A stretch of 64,000 nucleotides of DNA, from positions 20,186,092 to 20,250,091 of the forward strand of contig NC_068981.1 of assembly GCF_001194135.2 (NCBI RefSeq), read 5' to 3'. Every line of letters begins with the position of its first letter. Position 1 is the stretch's first letter. A model generated the notes under the pieces. The model worked only from the letters and a program-made list of their open reading frames with translations, had not been told where the DNA came from and did not search any database. This document shows positions 1 through 13,590 of the stretch, piece by piece. A program made the position numbers and the translations under genes. This DNA comes from Octopus bimaculoides. Its lineage: Eukaryota.

Positions 1-223
1 CATATGTGTGTGTATTTATGTCTGTCTATTTACTTCAGTCATTTTGAGGATGTTCATAGACACATGTAAACACACACACATATTTATACATGTGCATATA
101 CACTCACACTTGGTGTTATTCACTTTTCCTCATACAGAACTACTTATACATACACGTGTTCATTTCCTTGCAAAAATATAACTACATACATATATTCTCA
201 TGCTCTGTATACATATTCTTACA

Positions 224-272
<49 letters not shown>

Positions 273-484
273 ACACACACACACACTCACACACACACAC
301 GTATATGTGTATGTAATATATATGTATGTGTACACACACACACACAAATTTATATATGATGATGATGATGATATCTGTAATGTGTTTGTGTAATATATCA
401 TACCATCATCATCATTTATGAAATATATGTACATATCATATAAATATATTATGATATATGTATGATGTACATTATATGAATATG

Positions 485-527
<43 letters not shown>

Positions 528-560
528 GAAACGGATATAGGTATACATGATGTGTGTGCT
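1..560. repeat. (CA)n, (TA)n and (GAT)n microsatellite cluster
   Basis: Directly visible runs at about 231-300, 358-370 and 490-522. Confidence 0.9.
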
Positions 561-658
561 ATTTTCTTTTATGACAGTTATTTTGAGCTATATTTCTCAT
601 ATTTTCTGTGGATGGCAGCTACAGACTGTCAATACTGGTGATTGAACCTCTGATTCCT

Positions 659-696
<38 letters not shown>

Positions 697-860
697 CTGA
701 CAAGCAGTGCCTGAGTATGAAGAAGAGTCTGATATGACTCATCATTATCAAGTAGTAATGTGATGGAATGTGGGATGGCGGAAGGGTAGGATGTGTGCTG
801 GCTGTCCAATACTCTGCCACTGGGGAAGAAATGACTATATTCCTGATCACATCTGACAGA

Positions 861-882
861 TATACCACTACTACTACTACTT

Positions 883-916
<34 letters not shown>

Positions 917-927
917 AAATACTACTA

Positions 928-962
<35 letters not shown>

Positions 963-1200
963 ACTACTACTACCATTATTACTACTGCAACTATTACTAC
1001 TGCTACCACCACTGCAACTGTTGACTTTACTGCTGCTACTGTTACTATTACAACTGTTGCTGCTACTACTACTGCTACTATTACTACTAATTTAGCAACT
1101 TTTACTGCTATTGTTGCTTCTACCATTTCAGCTACTACTACTACCACCACCACCACTATCACCACCACTACTACCACCACCACCACTACTACTATTACTA
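861..1200. repeat. Compound trinucleotide microsatellite (CTA/CTG/CCA)n
   Basis: Runs of actact, ctgctg and ccacca; the source of the poly-Thr and poly-Val ORFs. Confidence 0.95.
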
Positions 1201-1748
1201 CAATCATATTAGCTTCTTTCAACATTGTCATGCATTTATTTTTTTTATCAATAGCTTCCTGATATTTTCTTTTTTCTTTTCTTTTCTATTTTGATACCTT
1301 GTATATTTTGTAACTTCTGAAAATGGCATTATAATCCTTCATTTATTGTAAATAATTGTTAAAAGAAACTTCAGTTGAGCAAATCATCATTAGATTGATT
1401 TTTACAAATCTGATTCACTACTTGTCAACCCTTCACCAAACAGCAGCCTTGGGGCCCCATCAAAAGTTAAAGAAAAAAATCCCCTAAAAATTAAAAACTT
1501 CAATTTCACAACACTTGCCAACCACAAAAGTCTTATATGTAGTTGTATTTTATCTTATTTTATTCACTTAAAGCATTTCATAATTTTAAGACTAATGGTG
1601 GAAGCAGTTTTCCTTGAAGTAGCTAAAGAGCTTGTTGTTTCTGTATAGAACAAAAACTGTTTTATCTCAACATATCATACTTAAACTTACTGACATTTCC
1701 CTCTCTGTTTCATTTTACTTGGACCTTTGCTTTTCCGTCATTTTCAAG

Positions 1749-1819
1749 CTGGCATTGAAATTAGTGCTCAGGAATATCAGATTAACATTTCTTTCTCAGC
1801 TCTTATTGAACTCAGTAAC
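1749..1819 (+). CDS. Candidate upstream exon of the same LRP-like gene
   Basis: AG-free pyrimidine tract from about 1690 with a ctgac branch-like motif, ending ttttcaag (1748); perfect donor AAC|gtaagt at 1820. Reads (x)GIEISAQEYQINISFSALIELSN and ends in phase 0, compatible with the phase-0 start at 43861. The AAG acceptor is weak. Confidence 0.3.
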
Positions 1820-2943
1820 GTAAGTGAAGGTCATTGAAAAATATATCTTGCATAGTTTCCCCTGGATGCCTTTTGTATCAGACATTGTCCAAAATTATAT
1901 CAAAGTTGGGTTCTGATATAATGTCAGACACTTTATTACAATATAAAAACATCTACCAATTTTGAGCAATATTGTTAGTGTAAAATTGTTAATACCAAAT
2001 TCCATTTCCCTGCTCTGCATTCAAAGACAGAAAAGTGGTTGATACAGTAATTAGATAATCGCTCCAATCTACCAGAGCCCCAACATCATAATCTCTGTAG
2101 TCATAAATATATTTTAGTGTCTATTTTGATATATTGGCATGACTCAACTGAGCCTATTAAATGGTTTCTTCCCAGCTTTCCCTAGCTTACTGTATATTTT
2201 CTGTTTAGCTCTAACTTATTATTTTCTCTCTTCCATTTTACTATCTACTTCCATTTTATGACTTCTTTTCTCTTACTTTGTAACTTGGGGGTAAATAATA
2301 ATTGATTTCTATTTTCCCCAAGCGGCATCTGATGCCCACTCTAGCCTTAAAATTAGATACATGTAACCAATCCATATCCTCCTAGCCATCCCATATCTAT
2401 TTAATGTATCTTTATCCTTGTTATCCATTTTCCACTACCATATACCATATAGTATAAAATATATTGTATTGAGAGAGAATTATTTGGCATTAAAAAAAAG
2501 CAAAAACAAAGAATTTCTCATCATGAGTTGTAACCACACTTAGCAAAGTCTATCCTAGTCCTGTTTGTAAAGTAAACTCTAGTTAGATTACATAATTGTT
2601 AAATTGTATGTTAAATAAGTGGTTACATTTAACTAAACTAGCAAGAAAACTAAAAAAAAAATAATAATTTATTAGGATTCTAGCAAGGCATCTTACGAAA
2701 AATTCTGGATATAAACTCACCGAAAATGTTTCCTCTCTATTTTTTAGTGTAGAGAACCCTTAAAAAGCTAACCATTACCACCGCTGCATAAGCCATAGAA
2801 AATGCAATAGATCTTATTGCAGAAATATAAAAATTAAATTAGAAATATTTTATGAAAACATCACTGAAGAAAATTTTTGAATGTAATATGATACATTATT
2901 GTCATAAAAATGGTTTTGGTTTTTAGAATAATATTTTTATTGT

Positions 2944-4409
2944 GACATCTCTTCAAATTTGAACGCTTTTTTGGTTTTTCTTCCTGTACACATTTTTATG
3001 TCCATCAACATTTCTTCACATTTTCATATTTTATAATCCATCATTTCACATCTTTTCAGTTATTTTTAACTTCACAAAATTTTACATTTTCACGGCTTTC
3101 TCTCGTTTCTTTCAACAAATTTTTCAAAAAGCCACAATATTTGATGCTTAATATATATTTTGATTTTTAGCTTTTACACAGTTTTCAAAACATTCAACCA
3201 AAGAAAAAAAAAAAAAGCTTTATTCATTTTTACTTTTTATAAGCTATTCGTCAATGTTTTAATTTAAAATATAAAGAGGGAATATTCAAAGTTTAACTTT
3301 TATCCCTATATCTATGAAATATTGCTGAGAGAGTCAGTTAATCTGCTGAATGTTAAACATATCATTCCTTTGACACCCATATAGTATCATTCAGTTGAAA
3401 GCAAGTCCAGTCAATATATTTCAGCTAAATATACTGCACCTTCTCTAACCAGGCCCACTTGTCCCACCTGTCTCTCTTCCCCCTAGCATCCTTAGTGTAC
3501 CTCATATCTCAGATCCTGTAGTAAATACTTCACCCAGTCCTCCTTCCCCTGTGTTTATTCCTTTCTATACTGTTCCTACTCTGCCCATATTTTCCCTGCC
3601 AGCATCATCCTATGAATATTTGAGCTGAATATCAACTTCATCATTCACACTAATTTACAGATAGACCTTTAAGGTCCATGGTCACAGTCTTTCCATCCCA
3701 GGGCTAACTTGTTGAGTGAGGAAGAGAGAGAGAGAGAGAGAGAATCAAATGGGTTAGTCAAGTTGATTTGGACCTTAATTTAGAGTAAGATACACAATTG
3801 TGCAGCAATACGGCCACTACTGAATGTATGGAGATTCAATGTTGTTGTTTAGCCCCAAACAGACCTGTAATTCAAAAGCAATCCTGCTGTGACCATCCCA
3901 CCTTTTTCGTATGTGCTGGGAACCCATGATCACATTATCTAATGTATCCCTTTCTAAGATGGTAGGTTTGAATGAGATATGACTACTGGTTTTAGCAAAT
4001 TAAATGAACAGTAGAAGCTTCTTCATTAATTTGAGATCTTTTTGATTGATTAATAGCAATGCATGGTAGAATTGGCAGTGCTCTGGATGAAATGACTTGC
4101 AGTATTTAGTTCCATCCTTTTACCATCTATATTCAAATCCTGGAACTAACTTTACCTTCTGTTCTTCCAGAATAAAGATCAGTCAACTACTTAAATTGGG
4201 ACATCTCTTCAAATTTGAACACTTTTTTGGTTTTCTTCCTGTACAACATTTCTTCACATTTTCATATTTTATAATCCATCATTTCACATCTTTTCAGTTA
4301 TTTTTAACTTCACAAAATCTTCCATTTTCATGACTTTCTCTCATTTCTTTCAACAAATTTACCATCTGTATTCAAATCCTGGAATTAACATTACCTTCTG
4401 TTCTTCCAG
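2944..4409. repeat. Local duplications: 2944-3122 ~ 4200-4360 and 4119-4170 ~ 4358-4409
   Basis: The block gacatctcttcaaatttgaac...ttcaacaaattt occurs twice (with one indel). A 52-bp block tttaccatct...gttcttccag occurs twice with 3 mismatches. Confidence 0.85.
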
Positions 4410-4497
4410 TCTGAAGCCTGTGGCCTTGTTTCTGTATTATTAGAAATCATTATTTTTATTACTTAAGATTGTTTATAAAGTTTTTTTCTTATATGTA

Positions 4498-5385
4498 CAG
4501 GGTGTTCTGGCTAAATATGACTGTTTGCATAAAAGGAAAAGAAAGCACAATGTTCCATCCAAAAATAATAAAAGTATTTTTAAAAATCAAAAAATTCAAC
4601 TAGATTATAATTGAAAGATAGCAGTTTATTCAAAGTAGCTACCCTCAGCTTCCACCACAGTCTCAAGACAGCTCCAGAACCTGGCACCTGCATTCCTCAC
4701 CATGTCACTGGAAAGATCTTTGAACACCTCCTTGATCTTGGTGTTACAGGCAGAGTGGTTGATGTCTTTCTAAGCCCCTCCCTACACATATTAATCCGTG
4801 GGATTACAATTAGAGGAATTACAATTGAGGTCAGAAATTGAGGTTGATGAAGTTGTAGAGATTCTCCAGCAACCACTTCTGACTCTTTCTAGATGTATGG
4901 CATGGAGCCAAATCCTGCTGCTGCTATACATATGATCTTCCAGCAACAACCTTCTCTAACCAGAGTTTGACCACAAACACCAGCAGTTTCACATAGCCAT
5001 CTGAACTGAGCCTAAAACCTCTTTATCAGTTGTATGAATTCCAGTGTGTGGATGCTGTCAGAATGCCTGCTGTAACTCTTCCTGCTGGCCATGGCTTCGT
5101 AGTCTCTGTTGCAGCTATCTGTATCATGTCTTACAGTTTTTACAGTGTTCACAGAGCATTGAGCAGCAATCATGATGTCAACAGTTTGATAAATGGTGCA
5201 ACTCATCATGATGCGAGTAACACTTTTCCAATATTCACATGGCTTCAAGTCTTCCATGTTAACTAATTTTTTCTAAATTACAGCTTTAATCATTATGCTC
5301 TGTTGACTGTTCACCAATACATCAAGCTGTTCCTGAAAAAAAAGGAGATATAAAAGACCATCAAATTTAGCCCGAGTACCATATA
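4498..5385 (-). mobile_element. Internally deleted Tc1/mariner-superfamily transposon, DD37D (maT-like)
   Basis: Minus strand gives an N-terminus MEDLKPCEYW...AAQCSVNTVKTVRH and a degenerate C-terminus QQDxAPCHTSRKSQKWLLENLYNF..P.N..CNPTD..KIKEVFKD..RFWSCLETVVEAEGSYFE*. Spacing between the last two catalytic Asp is about 37 after frame repair. ta|cagggtgttctggctaaat at 4496 has a degenerate inverted copy at about 5359-5385. Confidence 0.75.
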
Positions 5386-6149
5386 CATTGATATGCAAAC
5401 ATCTAAAGATATGCACACTGATGTCTCCTTAAGAGAGAGAATTCCAAGTAGCCACTAGACCTGCTCAAACTAGAAGCCAGTTTTTCTCATATCAAAGCCC
5501 TATTATCTTAAAAACAAACACAGTAGAAATTGTGATCTTCTATATCCTATATCTAAACAGTAGTCCAGATTTTAATGGATAAAATATATTTAATAATAGG
5601 TTTGTTCAACAAAGGCTGGCCTGGAGCTAAACAACAACAAAAAAAAAACCCCCAGCAATACACACTTACACAACTTTAATCTAGAAACACCTGAATATAC
5701 TTCATATTGGAGAGTGTCTATTTCTTTTCCCATGATGACTCAAATAGAGCAACATTCCTAAATATAACAAAGGAAACCTTAGAAGAATTCCCCTTTGTTA
5801 TAAGGGAAGTTTGTTACTATAAAGTAGTTTAGATAGTCACCAATCTGTAGCTAGAGACCTGTTTGCTCACCTGAAAACACTCTGTAGTTAAGGGACATTA
5901 AACAATTTAAACAGATGCACTAGGGTTCTCATTGAGGAGAAAGGTTAGAGAATTTTTATTATCATATATAAAGTATTCTTGGATTAGAACCAATAAGTTT
6001 AGATATAGTGTTAGCTCTACCACAGCATGAATGTGCTAAATGAGACAGGGTACTATATGTTACATGTATGAAACAAATGAGAGGGTTATATGTGGTTTTG
6101 TTTCTGCCTACCATAAACAACAGCCAAACCTCTCACAAGTTTACACCTT

Positions 6150-6378
6150 ACTCTCTGTACTCTTTTACTTGTTTCAGTCATTTGATTGTGGCCATGCTGG
6201 AGCACCACCTTTAGTCGAGCAAATCCACCCCAGGACTTTATTATTTGTAAGCCTAGTACTTATTCTATCGGTCTCTTTAGCCGAACCGCTAAGTTACGGG
6301 GACGTTAACACACCAGCATCAGTTGTCAAGCGATGTGGGGGGGGGGACAAACACAGACACACAAACATACACACACAC

Positions 6379-6425
<47 letters not shown>

Positions 6426-6593
6426 TACGATGAGCTTCTTTCAGTTTCCGTCTACCAAATCCACTCACAAGGCTTGGGTCGGCCCGAGGCTATAGTAGAA
6501 GACACTTGCCTGAGGTGCCACGCAATGGGACTGAACCCAGAACCATGTGGTTGGTAAGCAAGCTACTTACCACACAGCCACCCCTACTCCTAT
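6150..6593 (-). mobile_element. tRNA-derived SINE family A, near full length, with internal (CA)n(TA)n
   Basis: Minus-strand head has A box tggctgtgtgg and B box ggttcagtcc. Body is near-identical to the copies at 13272, 25963 and 40365; tail is gtaaaagagta-like. Confidence 0.9.
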
Positions 6594-7306
6594 ACTGTAA
6601 TTATGGATGAAAAGGTCTGCTCAGTCAGGCGTGACCTGGGATTAAACAACAAATGTCTTGACAAAAAACAAGCATAAAGAAAAATTGAGCAAATGAGGAA
6701 GCCTCTACATTGTTGTTTGACCTATTAGGAATAGCAGCCATGTCTCCCTCAAATTAAAAAAAATGTTGAAGAATGCATTGGCTAAAGTTGCCTTTATAAT
6801 GCTATGTTCTGAATAAAATGATGGGACAGGAACAGATGGAATATATTTAATCATAAATCTGCATCAGCAGTATTGACCTGGGGTTACAAAAGAGCAACAA
6901 AAACAGGCCATGGTTATTCACTTCTCAACCTCGACCATGTTACATTTTCTGCAACATGCTGATGTTTACTGCTTCACTTTTATCACAACTTTTCATATGA
7001 AAGGTTAGGGTTTATATCAACGTATCTATACAAACATATAGTCAAACATATAAACGAAATCATTATATTTCATACATATACACACAGTGCCTTCTGACTA
7101 ATCTGGTGTCTTTGCAACCATCCCATAAAGATGTAATATTCCTTAGCTCTTTATGTTTGTTTATGTTGTACACAATAATAGTGGTTATCTACATATCACA
7201 TACAGTTGTGCCTATGTGATTTTGTGAGTGTGTATGTGTGTGTGTGTGTGTGTGTGTTTGCGAGTGTGTGTGCATAAGGCAACTACCACTACAAGGATAT
7301 CTATAC

Positions 7307-7343
<37 letters not shown>

Positions 7344-7499
7344 CGAGATAGAGAGAGAAATAAACTTAAGGCTTGGCCAATACTGGCCATGTCTAACTTA
7401 AAATCTGATGAAATCTAAGTTAAATTTTAGAACAGCATACACCCTTAAACAGAGTTGTTTGTTTGTTGGTTGAAACATATCTGGGTTTTAGTGGTTTGT

Positions 7500-8000
7500 T
7501 TTGTATTTCTTCAAGGAATTTATCCACCATGTGAAGTTCGAATGCAATGTGATACTTTTTGTTCTTAGTTTGTCTTCAAATGTTCTTGAATCAAGCAGGA
7601 CCAGCTAAGGCAAAAAGAATGTGGTTATGTGCTGTGAGAGGAGTGGGTGATGTGAGGTCCAGTCTTACTTGATGCAACTTCACTAACAATATATATTTTC
7701 CTCATTCTGTAAATGATATAGCATCCATGGCAATGTTGAAAATAAGAATCAGAGAGTTTTAAGATATTCCTAAGGATCAAGATGTATCATGATATTCAAT
7801 TTTTTATTTTTTTGGAATTATCATCTGAGGTGTTGCGATTCTTCTATTTTATGTGGTAAGGCTTGGCTGTAGAAAGGTAAAGGATAAAAGGATGATAGCC
7901 TCTGTGTCTCTGGACTAGAAAGTTCTGAGGAACCAAGAGCTCACTTTGTGATGTATATTGACTTTATAGTTGACATGAGCATGCTAATTGAGATTGTGAT
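7500..8000 (-). mobile_element. Possible very old retroelement RT remnant
   Basis: Weak minus-strand resemblance to PLE RT motifs only (FY.....HIK...). Confidence 0.25.
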
Positions 8001-8335
8001 CATTAATTACTTATAAATCTCTATAAATCTTTAAATTCTTAGATTCATGAGAATTTCCCTTGGGAAAAGGGAATCTGATTGCTAAATACATCCACTTTTC
8101 TATGGCTAGATGCCTTTTCTGTCACTAACTCTCATTTGGTTCCAAGCAAGTTAATATTTTCTCATGGCCAGATATGTTTCCACAAAATATTGTAAATTAG
8201 TGACTCTGCTTGTATGAGAATGACACTCTCAACTTTACATGCCAAAACAAGGAGACACTAAATACAAACATTCACAGATACACATACATAACGAGATTCA
8301 TATATAGAGATTAAAAAATATATGTGTGTGTGTGT

Positions 8336-8973
<638 letters not shown>

Positions 8974-11004
8974 ATATATATATATATATGTATATATATG
9001 AAATCCGTTTACAAGGCCTTGATTAGCTCAGGGATATAGTAGATGAAACTTGGCCAAGATGCAACATAGTGGGACTGAAATCAAAACCAAGTGGTTAGGA
9101 AGCAAACTCCTTAACCCTACAGTCACACCTGTACATACATAGATATTTACTTTCAGTTATTTTTCCCTTCACTTCAATCAACTCATTTCTTTATTACTTA
9201 TACCCCCCCCCCATCTCTTACCTCCTCACCACCTATGAAGATTTCAAGCTATGACTAGTTCTGCATATTGCACCCATCACTCTACCTCACCCAGCCTTTG
9301 TTTGGCCTATATATAAGAGACTATTGGTCCATCTTCATCACTATACCTGCACCCACCTTACCTCCTCCATCCATCTCCCCACTCCAATCATCACTCTCGT
9401 TCATATTACTTGTGATGCTCACTTATCCATTGCCACCCATCACTCCTTTTCTGTCAATATTTTCTCACTGTCTTCTTTCCACAACTTCTCTGCCAACACA
9501 ACACCTTCTCCTCTCTCTGTCCTACCCCCTTCCACAACCCCCACATCTCTCAATCAACTCTCTTTGGATCCTTGCCACTCTCATCTTTCCATTCCATGTT
9601 CCCTTCACGCCACATCTCCCACTTTCACACAACTCAGGACCCCACTCAACACACCCCACTTCACAACCTCCACTACTCTGTCCCTTCCTTTCTTACAAAC
9701 CAATTATACTAATCCTTTTCTTTCTAGTTACCTAAAATTGTTATTTGCAACCTCATTTCTTCTGTTTTTCCCCAGTCTCTGTCTTAGCTTTTATAAATAT
9801 GTCTACTGTAGCATTCCACCATCAAGTCACCTTCCATCTTGTTTGGAAGTTTGCTCTGTCCACAGATCCAACATATCTTGACATCTGCATACGGATTGTA
9901 AACAAAAGTCCCTTCACTCATATCAATGGTGTCATATGCTCACTGTCTCCTGTGAAAGCTCGTCCAGGATGTTCATGTTTAATGAACTTAGGGATTATTA
10001 CTTTGCTTGGAAACAGATGAGAGTAAGGGATCAAGGATCAAGTCTTAGAAAATTCTGCCTCAAAATGGTCTTTTCTGATCCTCACAAGCATGGAGAATTA
10101 GACATTAAGTGGTGGTGGTGGCAGCAGCGGTGTATGAATCTTGATCATCATTTAATGTCCATGTTCCATGCTGGCATGTGTTAACTGGTTTGAGAGGTTC
10201 CATTGGATACAAGGACTGCATTATGTTCTAGTATCTACTTTGGTATGGTTTCCACCATAACATCAGTCACTTTACAATGTGTACTGGATGCTTTTTTTTT
10301 TTTTTTTGTGCCACCAATACCAAGGTTACTATGCAGCTTGCAAGACTATGAACTTTGAGAGAGATAGTTTTGTGCTAAGAGATGAAGGGACCAAAGCAGG
10401 TCAGATTTCTTGTTTTAGAGGGGCTACATGGTTACCCATGTTAGAGAAGAGAGGGTGGGGAGCAGAAAAGAGGTGAAATAGTGGTGAAGAGGCATCTGTG
10501 TGGACCCTCAAGGTTTGAGGTGAGTAGAAGTGAATGGAAGCAGAAGAATTGGGAGTGTGGGTGGGTAGAGGTTGCAAGAGTGTATGGGAGAGTGATGATG
10601 GGTGAGAGGATGAATACAATGAAGAACAAGTGTTAAATGAATGGTAAGTGGGTGAGGTAGCAAAAGGTAGGTGATAGCTGTAGAGATTGGATAGGATTGA
10701 GGGGGTGGATGTAGGGAATGATGCATAAGGGGAGGGTGGAACAATGATGCAGTGGGGTGAAAAGTAGCAGAATAGTAATGATAATACAGTAGACAGAAGG
10801 ATGAGATGAAGAGTGTGGGAGAGGGACAGAGTAGTACATGGGGAGAGAGACATACAGTAAAAGGGAAGGTGAGATGATTGAGTGGCTTGGAGAGGGATCA
10901 ATATAAAATGTGGGTGGAGAGGACAGTATTGAAGATGAGGGTTGGATATCAAATGAAATGGTTCTGAGTTGTGAGAAAGAGTAATGGTATCACAGAAAAG
11001 CACT

Positions 11005-11106
<102 letters not shown>

Positions 11107-11107
11107 G

Positions 11108-11254
11108 AACTACATTATAAAGAGCCATTTATTAACATACAAAGTTGTTAAATTCACTTCAAATTTAAATTTTGACACGTCCTGAAATAAATTTAAATTT
11201 AAAGTAAATTTAACAGCTTTGTGTGTTATTAAATGGCTCTTCCATGATGTAGTT
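11108..11254. repeat. Fold-back hairpin or MITE with ~65-bp inverted arms and ~16-nt loop
   Basis: Left arm aactacattataaagagccattta...aaatttaaattt pairs with right arm aaatttaaattt...taaatggctcttccatgatgtagtt. Confidence 0.85.
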
Positions 11255-11832
11255 ACTTCAGTCTCAACATAGAGTCTCAATCAAATCACTTGCAAGACAA
11301 ATACAACTCTTGTGTGCATGTGTGTGTGGTATGTACATCTATATGAATGTTTATATTCTACATATCTTTATATGACATTGTTTGGGCAAATAATGTCGTG
11401 TTAATGGTTCCAGTAAGTAATAGCCCCGGTAGTTCTGAGCATTTAACTTGTAAAGACCAATGGAATAAAAACTCCCTTACTTGAAAAAGAGATGACAACA
11501 AGAAAAATACATGGCTGTAATATACTGCATCAATAAGTTTCCATCTAACCCTTGCTTGCATGGAAAAGAAAGTGTAAAGATGATGATGATGACAACAGCA
11601 ACAACGATATACCACACACGTGTGTGTGTGGTAATTTGTGCAAGATAAATAGGGATTGTATTCATGAACTATGGTCTCATCCAGTTGGTTGAACCATATA
11701 TGTCCAGTTTTAGAAAGTATGAGTAATTGTGAACTGAGGTGGGTGGTCATAGAGCATACGGAGAGATTATAGAGTAAGGGTATGGTTGTAAAGTGAAGTG
11801 GGTGATTGTAGAGGAAAGTGGGGGTGAATCTT

Positions 11833-12020
11833 GGTGTTGTTGTTTGGCTCCAGGTTAATCTTGATTCAGTAGACCTGTGGTCAGAAGCTTTTCAACCATT
11901 ATCGTCTTTTCTGTCTTCACAGATTAAGAGCCATGTTATTCTTTCTTCTTTTGAAAGAGTGATGTGCAATTTGAGGGAGATCTAACTGCTATTTCTAGCA
12001 CATTTAGTGACCTACATAGG
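11833..12020 (-). repeat. Old abundant interspersed family with (AAC)n-type tail. Further copies at about 3838-4010, 6620-6900, 12535-12740, 39620-39810, 42840-42960, 49505-49650 and 61170-61350
   Basis: Shared words gttgttgtttagccccagg / ctggggctaaacaacaac, gacctatgatcaa and atagcagccaaatctccctcaaat. Confidence 0.65.
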
Positions 12021-13271
12021 CTCCCTTGCTGGCTCATTGTGTGGATGATTGTAGTTGATGGTGATTGAACAATGTAAAATGCAAATTAAAATGTCATAGA
12101 AGTTGCAGCGAAACTCCTATTAGATTAGGGTTAAAAGCAGCACTTAGCAGGCATAAAAGGTAATGCTTTTATTGGAATTGGTTGGCATCGTGAAAGGGAG
12201 GACATATAAATTCAAGTTGTGGAATGAAGAATAGTTTTTAGTTCTATTTAATTAGCTTCACAGAATTTGTAGTTGATTCACTCTGGAATTGGTTGAATTA
12301 AAAGGTAGTTGTTACACATATACTGTACATTGACTACTGATTGGTGACGAAAGAGAGATCATTGGTCAGTAACTGACTCTGGGGAGGTCACTGATGAGCA
12401 ACTCAGTGTTTCTGGATGGGTTAATGTCTCTTATTAGAGATTAACTATACAATTACGTGCCATAATTTACAAACAGATGTCATGAGAGAGGGAGAGATAG
12501 AATAGATAGATTAAAATCTAATGTAGGGTACATGGTTTAATAGTAACATCAAAATATTGTTGTCTAATCCCGGGTAAACCCTAAGTGTACAGATCTATGT
12601 TCAAAGCTTTTCCAGGAATAGCCAATTAATCTTTTTCTGTAATTACAACTGCATTATTCAAAGTGTTCTTTTAAATGACAGTGTGTAATTTGAGCAAAAT
12701 TTGACTGACTGGTTAGTCAAATGGATATCTAAAGGCTCTATTGTTGGCATGTAACACTGGGATGTCATCTGAGTCTGTGGATTTTGGGAGTAACAAAATA
12801 TTCAATGAAGGGAAGAATAAAAATGGGTGGACTTGATTTTTTTTTTATATATTTATTTGATGAGAGCAAAGTTGGGTTAGAAGATGCAGGAAAGATGTTG
12901 GTTTTTAGTGACAACAAAAGTTGGTTTACACATATTGAGAGTAAATTGAAAAACTGGGATCATCTGAGATTATCCAAGCAATCAAAAACCTCTTTCTACA
13001 CGCTTGGATAATCTCATTTAACTGAAGTTTTCAACTATATTGCATATATGTGACCCTACTATATATGTGTTTAGTACGCATAGTGCTCACCTGAGGTATT
13101 TTCTCTCAACCATATTATTGACCACAGAGGTTAAGTTACAAAGGAAAGGAAGATTGAGTGTAGTCAGAGAAGATATTGGTAAAGTGACAGAATACAGAGT
13201 TATATTTTATGGAGTGTAGAGAGATTGTTTTGCAGTGTACAGAACAAAAATGCTTTATATTTTTCATCAAG

Positions 13272-13590
13272 AATAGGTGCAGGAGTGGCTGTGTGGTAAG
13301 CCTTGTGAGTGGATTTGGTAGACGGAAACTGAAAGAAGCCCGTCATATATATATATGTATATATATATATATATGTGTAAGTGTTTGTGTGTCTGTGTTT
13401 GTCCCCCCAACATCACTTGACAACCGATGCTGGTGTGTTTAGGTCCCCGTAACTTAGTGGTTCGACAAAAGAGACCGATAGAATAAATACTAGGCTTACG
13501 AAGAATAAGTCCTGGGGTCGATTTGCTCGACTAAAAGGCGGCACTCCAGCATGGCCGCAGTCAAATGACTGAAACAAGTAAAAGAGTAAG
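13272..13590 (+). mobile_element. SINE family A, B-box region deleted
   Basis: ggagtggctgtgtggtaag is joined directly to ccttgtgagtggatttgg; the remainder matches the other copies. Confidence 0.9.

Noticed and set aside
629-1262. 200-aa poly-Val and 164-aa poly-Thr (mucin-like) ORFs
   Set aside because: Both are translations of one trinucleotide microsatellite; no splice or domain support.
1590-1690. Minus-strand gtaagt...tttttgttctatacag as a ~50-nt intron
   Set aside because: All flanking frames contain stops nearby.
9200-11000. Long pyrimidine- or purine-skewed tracts with many H/P/S/L-rich ORFs (also 33300-33950, 48060-48300, 51300-51700)
   Set aside because: Strand-skewed low-complexity DNA, probably decayed retroelement UTRs; the ORFs are compositional artefacts.
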